A stretch of 64,000 nt of DNA from Candidatus Altimarinota bacterium (GTDB taxonomy: Bacteria > Patescibacteriota > Gracilibacteria > UBA1369 > GCA-2718715): positions 832,001-896,000 of the forward strand of contig JBESAV010000001.1 of assembly GCA_041242255.1 (NCBI GenBank). Direction: 5' to 3'. Both the position numbers and the translations under genes were made by a program. Positions 40,722 to 51,213 of this stretch are shown here, piece by piece. How positions within the stretch are numbered: position 1 is the first letter of the stretch; every line of letters starts with the position of its first letter. The notes under the pieces are model-generated. The model made no database searches and had not been told where the DNA came from. It saw nothing but the letters and a program-made list of their open reading frames with translations.

Positions 40722-41922
40722 TAAATACTTAAATTACGCTATACTATTCCTATTAATTTTTTTACTAGGACAAACTTTTCTAAGCACCCCTCAAGTTGAA
40801 ACAGAACAACCCGACACTCCAATAACTTTTCAAACAACCAAAAACTCATACAAACAAGGGAAAGTTATTGAACTAAAACTCCAGAACCACACAGATGAGA
40901 ACATAAATATCCAACTAAACTCATGCCCTGAAGAACCATTCAACGTCTACAAAGTTGGTTCTGAAGAAAACACACAAGTCTCAGCCACTCCAGAAATCCC
41001 ATGTGAAAGCATTAATAATCCATACAAAGAAGAGATCCTAATTAAAGCCCAATCTACTTCAACTCTCAGATACAACTACTGGAGCAACCAACTATTCCAG
41101 GAACAAGGAAGATACAAGATTTCAGCAAACATAAAACTTCCAGATGAAACATTCCAAGTAAATTCAAACGAATTTGAGATAACAGAACCAGGACTCATTT
41201 GGAAAACCTGGAATACAGTTCTCTACAGACCTATCTACAACGCTTTGATATTCTTAATAGATATCATACCAGGTAAAAATCTTGGTGTAGGTATAATTGC
41301 ACTAACCTTAATCATACGAGGGCTACTTTACGGACAAAACAAGAAAGCTCTTACTGCCCAAAAGAAAATGGCCGAAATACAACCTCGACTAAACAACCTT
41401 CGAGAAAAATACAAAGACAACCAACAAAAACTTGCTGAAGAAACAATGAAAATTTGGCAAGAACACAAAGTTAACCCTATGAGCGGTTGCATGCCATTAT
41501 TAGTACAATTCCCCATACTTATTGCACTCTTCTACGTTGTACAAGATGGTATAAACCCAGATCAAACTTTATTCCTATATGCTCCTTTGAAAGATTTCAC
41601 ATTTCAAAATGTAACAACCAATTTCCTAGGATTACTAGAGTTAACTAAACAAAACTTATACGTACTACCTCTTATAGTGGGTGGACTACAATTCTTCCAA
41701 CTCTATCTAGCCAATCAAAGAAATAAAAACCAAAACAAAACTAAAAACAAGCAAGCCGAGCAAATGCAATCTGTACAAAACACTATGCTTTATTTCATGC
41801 CAGTTATGATCGCTGTTATTACAGCAAGCTTACCTGCAGGGGTTGGATTGTATTGGGGAACATCAACTTTATTTGCTATAATGCAACAAGTAATTATCAA
41901 CAAAGAAACTAATACCAATTAA
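40714..41922 (+). CDS. yidC: membrane protein insertase YidC
   Basis: GVGIIALTLIIR, IQPRL..LREKY, VNPMSGCMPLLVQFPILIALF, PAGVGLYW. Confidence 0.96.
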   Translation: MNNKYLNYAILFLLIFLLGQTFLSTPQVETEQPDTPITFQTTKNSYKQGKVIELKLQNHTDENINIQLNSCPEEPFNVYKVGSEENTQVSATPEIPCESINNPYKEEILIKAQSTSTLRYNYWSNQLFQEQGRYKISANIKLPDETFQVNSNEFEITEPGLIWKTWNTVLYRPIYNALIFLIDIIPGKNLGVGIIALTLIIRGLLYGQNKKALTAQKKMAEIQPRLNNLREKYKDNQQKLAEETMKIWQEHKVNPMSGCMPLLVQFPILIALFYVVQDGINPDQTLFLYAPLKDFTFQNVTTNFLGLLELTKQNLYVLPLIVGGLQFFQLYLANQRNKNQNKTKNKQAEQMQSVQNTMLYFMPVMIAVITASLPAGVGLYWGTSTLFAIMQQVIINKETNTN

Positions 41923-41924
41923 AC

Positions 41925-42386
41925 ATGGAAGAATACTTACAGGAGATAATCCAAAATTCACTAGAAGCCCTAGGAGTAAGTCACTCTCACGTAGATATAC
42001 AACTTCAAAAAAATCTAAGTGACGAGGATGAATATTACTGTGACATTCAGACTAGAGAAGCATCTCTACTGATTGGTAAACAAGGAAACAATATCAATGC
42101 ACTTGAGCATTTAATCAAACTAATTCTTATCAAACGTTTTGATAAAATTGTTAATATTACTCTCGATGCAGATGGATACAAAAAAAGACAAATCGAAAAC
42201 GCAATTGGTGTAGCAGAAAGACATATTGAAAAACTTAAAGAATCAGAAAAAGAACAAAGCCTTCCACCAATGCAAGCAATGTTCAGACGTGCGGTTCATA
42301 TGCACATTGCAGAAAACTTCCCCGAAGTTAAAACTGACTCCCACGGTTATGGGAAATTTAGACATATAAAATTAAGCTTAAAATAA
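41925..42386 (+). CDS. jag: Jag/EloR (KhpB) RNA-binding protein, KH + R3H
   Basis: LLIGKQGNNINALEHL (KH), LPPMQAMFRRAVH (R3H); follows yidC. Confidence 0.88.
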   Translation: MEEYLQEIIQNSLEALGVSHSHVDIQLQKNLSDEDEYYCDIQTREASLLIGKQGNNINALEHLIKLILIKRFDKIVNITLDADGYKKRQIENAIGVAERHIEKLKESEKEQSLPPMQAMFRRAVHMHIAENFPEVKTDSHGYGKFRHIKLSLK

Positions 42387-42388
42387 TC

Positions 42389-43591
42389 ATGAAAAAATTC
42401 ATCGCATTATCAACTATCTCAGCTACCCTACTTATCAGCATACCTTCATTTGCAGCTGACTTTTCTGACATTGATGAGGACTACTTATACTTCAACTCTA
42501 TCAACCAACTTTCAGATAACGGATGTATATCTGGATACGAAGATGGATCCTTTAGACCAGAACAATCAGTAAACAGAGCAGAAGCCATAAAAATCCTCCT
42601 GACTTGCCTAGACCTCCCAAATATATACACAGAACAAACTTTTACTGTACCAGATGGAACAAAAATCCTTTTCAATGAACAAGAATCCGAAGCAAATGGT
42701 GAAACAGAAGTGAAATTCAAAATACCATTTGATGCTGAGAACTATGCCGATCTATCTTTTGATGATGTGGATTCTGAACAATGGTACGTACCTTTTATAA
42801 AAGAAGCAGTTGTAAGAAAAATAATAACCGGATACGACGACAATACAATCAGACCTTTCCAAGATGTTAATAAAGCAGAACTCTACACAATTCTCTACAG
42901 ACTAACACCTGAAGATTTATTACAAGATTTACCTGAAGATAGTCTAGCTGACGACATTGCGAGTGGATACTGGTACTACGAACCTCTCCAATTCGCTATC
43001 CAAAACCAACTACTTACAACTAACGACGAAAACCTAGTCTCTCCTCTGAAAAACTTAACTAGAGCCAATGTAGCTCATTTTGTTTATGAGTACTCAGTTT
43101 GGTTAAATGACAGAATTGTATCTTCAGATAACGAAGAGACTGAAGAAGAACCACAGGAAACAGAAACTCAGGAAGACACTTCTCAAACTGAAGTAGATGA
43201 AACTGAAGCAAATACCGAGCAAGAAGACACTCAGAGCGATACGTCCACTGAATCTAGCACTGAAAGCACTGAAACTGACAACGAAAACTTTACCGAAACA
43301 GGTGTTGCCAGTTATTATGGTTACAGCTTTGATGGACGACGAACAGCATCTGGTCAAATACTTGACGTTGAAGCTAACATGGCCGCTCACAAAACTCTAC
43401 CTTTTGGAACTGTAGTAAGAGTAACAAATCCTGAAACAGAAAAATGGGTAGAAGTAACAATTTTTGACCGCGGTCCATTCGTAGAAGGTAGGATAATAGA
43501 TCTTACTCCATCTACATTTGAAGTTTTAGCTCCACTATCATCTGGACTTGTAAACGTAGAGCTTGAAGTAATTTCTTTACCAACAGAATAA
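42389..43591 (+). CDS. rlpA: SLH-domain septal ring lytic transglycosylase (RlpA family)
   Basis: SLH GYEDGSFRPEQSVNRAE; acidic linker; GVASYYG..FDGRRTASG, AAHKTLPFGT, DRGPFVEGRIIDL. Confidence 0.88.
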   Translation: MKKFIALSTISATLLISIPSFAADFSDIDEDYLYFNSINQLSDNGCISGYEDGSFRPEQSVNRAEAIKILLTCLDLPNIYTEQTFTVPDGTKILFNEQESEANGETEVKFKIPFDAENYADLSFDDVDSEQWYVPFIKEAVVRKIITGYDDNTIRPFQDVNKAELYTILYRLTPEDLLQDLPEDSLADDIASGYWYYEPLQFAIQNQLLTTNDENLVSPLKNLTRANVAHFVYEYSVWLNDRIVSSDNEETEEEPQETETQEDTSQTEVDETEANTEQEDTQSDTSTESSTESTETDNENFTETGVASYYGYSFDGRRTASGQILDVEANMAAHKTLPFGTVVRVTNPETEKWVEVTIFDRGPFVEGRIIDLTPSTFEVLAPLSSGLVNVELEVISLPTE

Positions 43592-43932
43592 TGAAAGGTA
43601 AAAGCAAAACCACATATTCAAACAAAACTAGACTTTCAAAACTAGTTCAAAACACCACCCTATGGTTAGGAGCAAGTATGCTTTTGATTATTTCTGGAAC
43701 GACCTACCTTTTTCTGACAAATGTAACTGAGAACTCCTTACATGGTTCAAGATTTCAAGAACAAGAAATCATAAAAAAAGACCTAGAAGACACAAACCAA
43801 ACCTTAAAAATCCAAATCTTAGAAGCATCAACATCAGACGAACTTGATACATCTTACAATGTACAAAAAATGATAACAGCAGAAGAGGTTGAGTACTTCA
43901 ACAATAATCAATCTACAATAACTAAAAAATAA
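43591..43932 (+). CDS. FtsL-like bitopic coiled-coil protein
   Basis: Basic N-terminus, single TM, coiled coil LEDTNQTLKIQILEAST; weak call. Confidence 0.45.
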   Translation: MKGKSKTTYSNKTRLSKLVQNTTLWLGASMLLIISGTTYLFLTNVTENSLHGSRFQEQEIIKKDLEDTNQTLKIQILEASTSDELDTSYNVQKMITAEEVEYFNNNQSTITKK

Positions 43933-43978
43933 TCTTGCAATTTAATGGGGCTCTGGTAATCTCTAGCCACATCAAAAA

Positions 43979-44053
43979 GGTCCCATCGTCTAGTGGTTAG
44001 GACGCCAGGTTTTCATCCTGGAAACAGGGGTTCGATTCCCCTTGGGACTACCA
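43979..44053 (+). tRNA. tRNA-Glu (TTC) with encoded CCA
   Basis: GGTCCCA/TGGGACT acceptor stem, anticodon arm CCAGG-TTTTCAT-CCTGG, T-loop GGTTCGATTCC. Confidence 0.97.
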
Positions 44054-44057
44054 CTCC

Positions 44058-44084
44058 AAGCTTAATTTATTAAGCTTTTTTTTT
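44058..44084 (+). terminator. intrinsic terminator after tRNA-Glu
   Basis: AAGCTTAAT/ATTAAGCTT inverted repeat followed by a T run. Confidence 0.75.
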
Positions 44085-44127
44085 ATATTTACTCCCTTAT
44101 AATTCATCCACAATATAAATCAATCAC

Positions 44128-44694
44128 GTGAAAGCAACCCTAATATTTGGAAACCCGAGTTTAACCAGCTTCGATAATTTCATAGCAGAACAAACAGAAA
44201 AATCATTAATTGATAAAGGCTTTGAAGTTAAGCGATATAATGTATATGACTATCCCCTATTACCTATAAACCCATCACAAGATGGATTTCCAGACGAATT
44301 TACTAAGATAAGTAAGGAAATAGCAAATGTTGATGCCTGGGTTGTTATAGCACCAATGTGGAACTTCAGTATGCCTGGAGGCCTTAAAAACTTCTTTGAT
44401 GGAATCATCCAAGCTAAGACCTACTTTAAATTCGTTAGCATATTAGGACAAGGCGTTCCTGTAGGTCTTCTTGATGTTAAAAAACTAACACTTATATGGA
44501 CATCTGGTAGCCCATGGTATGCCTTTCTTATTCCTGGTATGGATCACTTAGTCTCCCTCATGAAGAGAATCAGAAGATTTTGCGGGATCAAGAAATTCCA
44601 ACATATAAATTTATCGCCAATTCGTTTCGAAAGACCTTCAGACCAAAAAATCCAAAAATGGACTAAAAAAATCAACAATCTCAAATTCATATAA
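44128..44694 (+). CDS. flavodoxin-fold NAD(P)H-dependent oxidoreductase (AzoR/NQO-like)
   Basis: IFGNPSLTSF, IAPMWNFSMPGGLKNFFD, WTSG. Confidence 0.85.
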   Translation: MKATLIFGNPSLTSFDNFIAEQTEKSLIDKGFEVKRYNVYDYPLLPINPSQDGFPDEFTKISKEIANVDAWVVIAPMWNFSMPGGLKNFFDGIIQAKTYFKFVSILGQGVPVGLLDVKKLTLIWTSGSPWYAFLIPGMDHLVSLMKRIRRFCGIKKFQHINLSPIRFERPSDQKIQKWTKKINNLKFI

Positions 44695-44696
44695 AT

Positions 44697-44722
44697 AAAA
44701 AGCCCCAGATTGGGGCTTTTTT
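44697..44722. terminator. bidirectional intrinsic terminator
   Basis: AAAAAGCCCCA-GAT-TGGGGCTTTTTT between convergent genes. Confidence 0.85.
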
Positions 44723-44743
44723 CATGCTTACATGTTGTTAAAC

Positions 44744-45229
44744 TTAAGCAACTTTAACTACTTGGTATTCTCTCATTCCTTTAGGAGCTTTAAACTCAAC
44801 CTTATCTTTTTCCTTCTTACCCATTAAAGCACTTCCCAATGGTGATTCATTTGAGATCTTTCCATTAAAAGGGTCAGCCTCAGTTGAACCAACAATTACA
44901 TACTCTTCTTTCTTTTTATCTTCTGTATCAAGAGGCTTAACAACAACATGAGAACCAAGCTGAACCACATCACTTTTAGCAGCTTTTTTCTCATTAATTA
45001 TCTCAACATTACGAAGCATATTTTCAATCTCCATAATTCTAGCAGCAGTTGCAGCCTGATGCTCTTTAGCTTCAATATATTCAGAGTTCTCTGATAAATC
45101 ACCAAACTCTTTAGCTTCTTTAATCTTCTGAGCAATCTCTTTCATTACAACCTCTTTCAACTGATGAAGTTCTTCTTCTAATTGCTTTAAACCTTCTTTA
45201 GTTAATAAAACTGACTTCTTTTTAACCAT
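44744..45229 (-). CDS. greA: transcription elongation factor GreA
   Basis: LTKEG, AKEFGDLSENSEY, IVGSTEADP..GKISNESPLGSALMG. Confidence 0.97.
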   Translation of the reverse strand: MVKKKSVLLTKEGLKQLEEELHQLKEVVMKEIAQKIKEAKEFGDLSENSEYIEAKEHQAATAARIMEIENMLRNVEIINEKKAAKSDVVQLGSHVVVKPLDTEDKKKEEYVIVGSTEADPFNGKISNESPLGSALMGKKEKDKVEFKAPKGMREYQVVKVA

Positions 45230-45238
45230 TTTTTACGT

Positions 45239-46480
45239 TTACATTATTGATTTAATTTTCACACTTGTAGGATGATCTCTCAACTTGTTTAACACCTTAG
45301 CCTCAATCTGTCTAATCCTTTCCCTAGTCACTCCAAACTTCTTACCTACTTCTTCCAAAGTGTGACCAACTCCATCATTCAATCCAAATCTCATTTGAAT
45401 AATCTCTCTTTCTCTTGGTAAAAGATACTTAAGCATCTCTCTGATGTTCTCTTGAATCATAACTTTATTTGCAAATTCTCGAGGACTTACTGAATCTTCA
45501 TCCTGAATAAAGTCACCCAACTTACTATCTTCTTCAGTTCCGACTGGAGCTTCAAGTGACACAATATCTTGAGAAATCTTTTTAATATGACGAACTTTCT
45601 TCTCATCCATTCCAAGCTCTGCAGCTAATTCTTCAACCAATGGTTCACGTCCTAATTCTTGAACAAGTCTTCTCTGTGTATGAGTAAGTTTGTTGATTGT
45701 CTCAACCATATGCACAGGGATACGAATAGTTCTAGCTTGATCAGCAATCGCTCTAGTAATAGCCTGCCTAATCCACCATGTAGCATAAGTTGAAAACTTA
45801 AACCCTCTATCAGGATCAAACTTCTCTACAGCTCTAAACAACCCAACATTACCTTCTTGAATAAGATCCAAGAATGATAATCCACGTCCGATATATTTCT
45901 TTGCAATACTAACCACCAAACGTAAATTAGCCTCAGCTAATTGTGCTTTAGCTCTTTGATCTCCACGTCTTATTGCATGCGCTAATTCTTTCTCTTCTTT
46001 TGCATTCAAAAGTGGGACACGACCAATCTCACACAAGTACATTCTAATAGAATCATTAGAAATCTCAGAAAGATTTTGTTTAATCTCATAACCACTTTTA
46101 GCCTCATCTGATTCTTCCTCTGCTTTCAAATCATCATCAGAAGGACCATCTTCATCCATATCATCCTCCACATCAATTTCGTCATCATTCAAAACTTCTT
46201 CATCTTTCTTCTTTTCCACTTTAGCATTTAATTCAGTATCAACACTGAATACACTAGTCTTTTTCTGATCTCTTACTTCAACACCAAGATCAAAAAACAA
46301 CTCATAAACCTCATCCAACATTGCTAAACTATCTTCTAAATTTTCAAAGGCTGAGTAGATCTCTTGTTCAGTCACAAACCTCTGCTCCTTACCTTTTTTA
46401 ATCAATGCTCTGATAGGCTTTGGATACTGTTTTATTTTTTCATCCGTGTGATGAGTAATAAACTTCCTTACTTTAGCCAT
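45239..46480 (-). CDS. rpoD: primary sigma factor RpoD
   Basis: [61 protein letters not shown]. Confidence 0.98.
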   Translation of the reverse strand: MAKVRKFITHHTDEKIKQYPKPIRALIKKGKEQRFVTEQEIYSAFENLEDSLAMLDEVYELFFDLGVEVRDQKKTSVFSVDTELNAKVEKKKDEEVLNDDEIDVEDDMDEDGPSDDDLKAEEESDEAKSGYEIKQNLSEISNDSIRMYLCEIGRVPLLNAKEEKELAHAIRRGDQRAKAQLAEANLRLVVSIAKKYIGRGLSFLDLIQEGNVGLFRAVEKFDPDRGFKFSTYATWWIRQAITRAIADQARTIRIPVHMVETINKLTHTQRRLVQELGREPLVEELAAELGMDEKKVRHIKKISQDIVSLEAPVGTEEDSKLGDFIQDEDSVSPREFANKVMIQENIREMLKYLLPREREIIQMRFGLNDGVGHTLEEVGKKFGVTRERIRQIEAKVLNKLRDHPTSVKIKSIM

Positions 46481-46493
46481 AGATAGCGATAAA

Positions 46494-48278
46494 TTATATT
46501 TTGTTAAGTTGATTGAATTCTTCTAACAACTTTTTATGTTCTTCCGAGCTAGGATTTTCTGAACCAAGTCGCCTCAATTCAGATACAATTTGATTTCTTC
46601 TCTTACTAACATAATTATCCACAATCCTCTTAAATAAGGAATCAATCTCTTCAGATAACTCCACTTCACCTTTGACTTCTAATTGCAATATGTTGATGGA
46701 GTACCTTTCATATAATTGATCAATCCCATTTAATAAATCGACAGAAAGTTGATTCAATGCGGATTCATTATAGTAATGCACAAACAGCTTGTAAACCTGT
46801 TTTTCGTCCAAAATAAAGGATTTCTCATATATTTCCTCAGCATAATTCTCAAACAACTCTGGCTTCATCAAAAAACATGACCACATTTGCTCCTCTAAAG
46901 TCATTTTTCGCTCTTGCTTCAAAGCATTCTCTGGTTTAGAAACTATTCTTTTTTTTGTTGTTTTTTTAGATTTATCAAATTTCTTTAGTTCAGTGTATAA
47001 AAGATCAACCTTCATCCCAAGCACACCGGCTAGCTTCCTAAGCACCAAATCCTTAGTAATAACAGAATCAATTTTACTTAAGATTGGGAAAGCAACTCCA
47101 ATAAACCCATTAATTTTCTCAGGACTCCACCTTTCCTCCTGGGTCAAACCGTCAAAGTAAATTTCAGAAAAATAATCAAAAAAATCTTTTGCTCCTTCAA
47201 GGTCCTCCCCAAACAAACCATCTGGTGAATTAATACTTTCAGCCGGATCTTTGAATCCTCCACTCAACTTCAAGACTTTCACATTAAACTCTTGCTCATA
47301 AGCCAATTCTGCTGACCTAAGCATTGCCTTCTTACCAGCATCATCAGTATCAAAACATAGTACTACGTTCTTCGTAAACCTCCCTAATAACCTTAAGTGT
47401 TGCTCAGTTAAGGCTGTTCCACTTACCGCCACCACATTCTCAAATCCAGCCTGAAAGCAAGCTATCTGATCAAAATACCCCTCCACTATAATAACTTTGT
47501 CTAGCTTCCGGATAGCATCTTTTGCTAAATCAAAACCAAACAAAGTCTTATTTTTCTTATATATATCTGTTTCTGGAGAATTTAAATACTTAGGATTTTG
47601 ATCCTTCTTAGTTATCCTTCCTCCAAAAGCCACAACTCTACCTCGAGAATCACTAATTGGAATAATCAACCTCTCTCTAAATCTATCTACCAACTTCCCA
47701 TAAGAAGTATCTTTAGCATAACAAACCCCAGAAGCCACTATTGCTTCTTTAGTAAAACCTTCTTTCAACAAGGCTAACCCTAACTTATCATAACCTTCAA
47801 TAGCCAAACCAATCTTGAACTTTCTTATCGTCTCATGCTTCACACCTCTTTTATCAAGATAAGCCACCATTTTCTTAGACTCATCGCTTCCAGGATTCCA
47901 TAAATTATTCTGAAAAAACTTAGTTGCAAACTCATGGATCTCATACAAATCATCTTTCAACTTCTTATCTTTCGGAGAGAGATTATTTTTCATAAAAGAA
48001 CTATCTAGTTCCACCCCAGCCTTTTCTGAAAGCGCCTTCACAGCCTCTTTGAAAGAAACATTTTCAACCAACTGATAAAACTCAAAGATATCTCCTCCCT
48101 GGTTTGTAGCAAAGCAATAAGCTATTTCTTTCTCAGGAGAAACGACAAAACTAGGAGTATTCTCACTCTTAAAAGGACTTAAACCTTTGTAGTTTCTTCC
48201 AGCTTTTCTCAACTCGACATACTCTGAAACCAAACTAACAATATCAATCTTAGCTTTAATCTGTTCAATTTGATCCAT
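46494..48278 (-). CDS. dnaG: DNA primase
   Basis: [14 protein letters not shown]-domain with altered zinc ligands, [37 protein letters not shown]. Confidence 0.97.
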   Translation of the reverse strand: MDQIEQIKAKIDIVSLVSEYVELRKAGRNYKGLSPFKSENTPSFVVSPEKEIAYCFATNQGGDIFEFYQLVENVSFKEAVKALSEKAGVELDSSFMKNNLSPKDKKLKDDLYEIHEFATKFFQNNLWNPGSDESKKMVAYLDKRGVKHETIRKFKIGLAIEGYDKLGLALLKEGFTKEAIVASGVCYAKDTSYGKLVDRFRERLIIPISDSRGRVVAFGGRITKKDQNPKYLNSPETDIYKKNKTLFGFDLAKDAIRKLDKVIIVEGYFDQIACFQAGFENVVAVSGTALTEQHLRLLGRFTKNVVLCFDTDDAGKKAMLRSAELAYEQEFNVKVLKLSGGFKDPAESINSPDGLFGEDLEGAKDFFDYFSEIYFDGLTQEERWSPEKINGFIGVAFPILSKIDSVITKDLVLRKLAGVLGMKVDLLYTELKKFDKSKKTTKKRIVSKPENALKQERKMTLEEQMWSCFLMKPELFENYAEEIYEKSFILDEKQVYKLFVHYYNESALNQLSVDLLNGIDQLYERYSINILQLEVKGEVELSEEIDSLFKRIVDNYVSKRRNQIVSELRRLGSENPSSEEHKKLLEEFNQLNKI

Positions 48279-48286
48279 ATTGTAAC

Positions 48287-49297
48287 TTAACTAGACTTTA
48301 ATTTATCAAAATTTTCCCAATCAGCATACTTTTTATGATTGTATAAAATGACAAAAACTAGTCCAATCACACATCCTCCCAAAGCCAAAAACTTAACCAC
48401 AGAATTCCAATAAAATATAGCCACCATAGCCAAAACAAAACTAATCAAACCATACATCACCACAATCATCCTCCTACTCAAACCTGCTCTTAAAAAAAGA
48501 TGATGAAGGTGATTAAAGTCTCCCTCCCATGGTTTTCTTTTGTTCAAAACTCTCATCACAATCACACCCACCCCATCTAAAATCGGAACTATCAACACAA
48601 GCCCCAAGGTAGCCAGCTTACCTCCATTTAGCATTGATAAAACAGCCAACATAAAACCAAAGAACATAGTCCCCGAATCCCCAATCAGAACTTTAGGCTT
48701 ATCAAACTCCAACACCATCCCCAGCAAACTCACCACCATCATCAAACTTCCAAATCCAACCACTAAATCCTGTGAGACAGTATGAACTCCAGGCAACAAA
48801 GCCAACCCTACTAACCCTAAAAAGGCATTAAAAGAAACCGCAGAAGTCAAACCAGAAACACCATCTAAAAAGTTTAAAGCATTAGTTAAAAACACAATCC
48901 AAACAACACTAACCAAAACTCCTAATCCTCCCAAAACAATAGTCTGATCGACAAAAGGTACAGCCACCTCTAAAATCTCAGCTCCACCAAAAACTACTAA
49001 TCCCGCACATACGAACTGCCATACAAATCTAAACACTGGCGACAATCCAAATCTATCATCCAACAGCCCCATCAAAACAATCCCGGCAGCAGCCACAACC
49101 ACACTCAAAACCTCCTGACTAAAGCTGATATACAAACTCACACCTATCAAAAAAATCAAAAACAAAACAAAACCAAAACTATACGGAACAGGCTCTCTTT
49201 CAAAACCATACTTCTTTGGCTTATCCATCCAGCCTAATTTTTTATATAAAAAGTACCCAGCAATCAAAACCAACAATGAAAGTATTGCAAAAATCAC
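48287..49297 (-). CDS. MraY/WecA/TagO-family polyprenyl-phosphate GlcNAc-1-phosphate transferase
   Basis: Multi-TM; GLLDD, TNALNFLDGVSGL, IGDSGT, NHLHH. Confidence 0.9.
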   Translation of the reverse strand: MIFAILSLLVLIAGYFLYKKLGWMDKPKKYGFEREPVPYSFGFVLFLIFLIGVSLYISFSQEVLSVVVAAAGIVLMGLLDDRFGLSPVFRFVWQFVCAGLVVFGGAEILEVAVPFVDQTIVLGGLGVLVSVVWIVFLTNALNFLDGVSGLTSAVSFNAFLGLVGLALLPGVHTVSQDLVVGFGSLMMVVSLLGMVLEFDKPKVLIGDSGTMFFGFMLAVLSMLNGGKLATLGLVLIVPILDGVGVIVMRVLNKRKPWEGDFNHLHHLFLRAGLSRRMIVVMYGLISFVLAMVAIFYWNSVVKFLALGGCVIGLVFVILYNHKKYADWENFDKLKSS

Positions 49298-49349
49298 AGG
49301 AAAAATTATTTAGCTAAATACTATCATTCAAAACATAGAAGATTCAAAT

Positions 49350-49379
49350 AAAAAGTCCACGCTTACTAAGCATGAACTT
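49350..49379 (-). terminator. intrinsic terminator of the protease gene
   Basis: AAGTTCATGCTT-AGT-AAGCGTGGACTT followed by Ts on the minus strand. Confidence 0.65.
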
Positions 49380-49402
49380 AAAAGCTAGATTTTTAAAATT
49401 AA

Positions 49403-50308
49403 CTATCTACCCAATGTAATTATAGATGAACACATACGACCATCAGGCATGAACCATTCAGTAATTGTATTTCCTCTAATAGGTGCAGATTCAATTTGGC
49501 CAACAACCATATGATTTCCATATTCATCTTCAGTCATATCTAAAGTATATGTTCCATTGGCATTCTGAACTAATCCGGCAGCAAAAACTGGACCACCACT
49601 ATTCCCCTGACAAATAGCTCCCATTCCATAGGTAAAACTAGTTTCACCTATACTATAAGCAGTAATGTGATTTACAGAATAATCTCCTACTCTATAAACT
49701 ACCCACTCTTGATTATAAGGATTTGGCGTAACAAGAAACATCCCACTATACAAGTCAGAACCCATAGCCTTTCGAGAAGGTTTAACTGGGATACCATAGT
49801 TATTAATCTGATCAAATCTACTTTTGCTCAAAGCAAATTCACATCCTGGATCAGTATCTCCTTTAAAACTCCTACAAACCCATTGATTTTTCTTGGTTGA
49901 AACATCAACCGACTTACCAGTAGCATAATCTCTAAACCTTAACCGAACAGCATCTAAATCATCATCAATACAATGATAAGTTGTACGAACAGCATACTCT
50001 GACCCCTCATGAACCACAAAAGCCTGACATCCCTCCTGACCATTTTTAACAATAGCAACTGCCCCTCCATTATATATTGCTCTTATCTTATTTACTTCAT
50101 CCAAGTCTACGTAGATTTCTTTTCTAGAAACACTATCCTGCTCAGAATCATTTGATTCTGAATATCCAGAACTAGAGGATTCGCTCTCAGAATAACTGTA
50201 AGAACCTATATTATTGGTAGGTTGATTGTAATTTGGCGATGCACAAGCTAGCACACTAGCTAAAACTGGAACTGACGACACACCTATAGTTTTATTTAAA
50301 TTTTCCAT
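49403..50308 (-). CDS. putative exported trypsin-like serine protease
   Basis: TTYHC (compare TAAHC) and CQGNSGGPVF (compare CQGDSGGP); Ser-rich linker; lipobox-like VLAC. Confidence 0.7.
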   Translation of the reverse strand: MENLNKTIGVSSVPVLASVLACASPNYNQPTNNIGSYSYSESESSSSGYSESNDSEQDSVSRKEIYVDLDEVNKIRAIYNGGAVAIVKNGQEGCQAFVVHEGSEYAVRTTYHCIDDDLDAVRLRFRDYATGKSVDVSTKKNQWVCRSFKGDTDPGCEFALSKSRFDQINNYGIPVKPSRKAMGSDLYSGMFLVTPNPYNQEWVVYRVGDYSVNHITAYSIGETSFTYGMGAICQGNSGGPVFAAGLVQNANGTYTLDMTEDEYGNHMVVGQIESAPIRGNTITEWFMPDGRMCSSIITLGR

Positions 50309-50330
50309 TTCATGATTTTAAATTACAACT

Positions 50331-50358
50331 ACAATACACCAAAAAGGAGATCTGTCAA
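50331..50358 (-). promoter_or_regulatory. sigma70 promoter TTGACA-N16-TATTGT
   Basis: TTGACA begins immediately after the truB TAG. Confidence 0.55.
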
Positions 50359-51213
50359 CTAAATATTCCTCTTAACCTTTAAATAAAACTTACCATCCTC
50401 TTCAACACACCTCAAAATACAAACAGGCTCACCATCAAAGAAACCAATCATATCACCTTCCAAAAATTCACCCCATTCAACCTTCCTTCCATTTTTAAAC
50501 TCATTAACCATTTCCTCATCTAATTCTATAAATTTATAACCCTTTAAAACGTTCGACCAATCTGAAACATCCAATCTATCTTTTTCAAAAGCACCAACCT
50601 TTACCCTAGTTAAGTCTGACATAAAACCATCAACTCTAAGCTCCTTACAAATATCTCGAACCAACGACCGAACATAATAACCTTTTCCACAACTCACTCT
50701 AAAACTTAACCTCCATAAACCGTCAGTAACCAATTCTAAATCAGTTATATCAAAACATTCAACCTCCCTAGCTTTCATCTCAAAATCTTCTCCCCTTCTA
50801 GCCAAATCATAGGCTCTTTTCCCATCTACCTTCAAAGCAGAAAAAATAGGCGGAACCTGCAAAACTTTCCCCACCATTCTAGAGCAAATCTTTTCCACTT
50901 CCTCTATCTCAAAATTAAACTCCATGCCTTTTACATTTTCTATATCAGAATCATCCACCCCTTCACTATCCAAAGTCATAGAAGAAACTCCAAATGTTAT
51001 CTCAACTTCATAAACTTTAGGTAACAAATTCACATACGGAATAAGCTTAGTATACCTACCCACAGCAACTGGCAAAATACCAGATGCTAAAGGATCAAGA
51101 GTGCCCATATGGCCAACTTTTCTTGTCTCAAACTTCCTCTTAACCTCACCCAGCACTTTAAAAGAAGACACACCTTTTGGCTTCCATATAGCTCCTAGCC
51201 AAGCTTTACTCAT
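50359..51213 (-). CDS. truB: tRNA pseudouridine(55) synthase
   Basis: KPKGVSSF, KVGHMGTLDPLASGIL, QVPPIFSALKVDGKRAY, CGKGYYVRSL; ATG 51213 overlaps the murE stop. Confidence 0.96.
   Translation of the reverse strand: MSKAWLGAIWKPKGVSSFKVLGEVKRKFETRKVGHMGTLDPLASGILPVAVGRYTKLIPYVNLLPKVYEVEITFGVSSMTLDSEGVDDSDIENVKGMEFNFEIEEVEKICSRMVGKVLQVPPIFSALKVDGKRAYDLARRGEDFEMKAREVECFDITDLELVTDGLWRLSFRVSCGKGYYVRSLVRDICKELRVDGFMSDLTRVKVGAFEKDRLDVSDWSNVLKGYKFIELDEEMVNEFKNGRKVEWGEFLEGDMIGFFDGEPVCILRCVEEDGKFYLKVKRNI

Noticed and set aside
43979-44694. tRNA-Glu as a possible integration site with the oxidoreductase as cargo
   Set aside because: No integrase and no duplicated tRNA 3' end seen.
46615-46623. Perfect DnaA box TTATCCACA
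   Set aside because: Single copy inside the dnaG coding sequence, with no cluster and no skew switch; not an origin.
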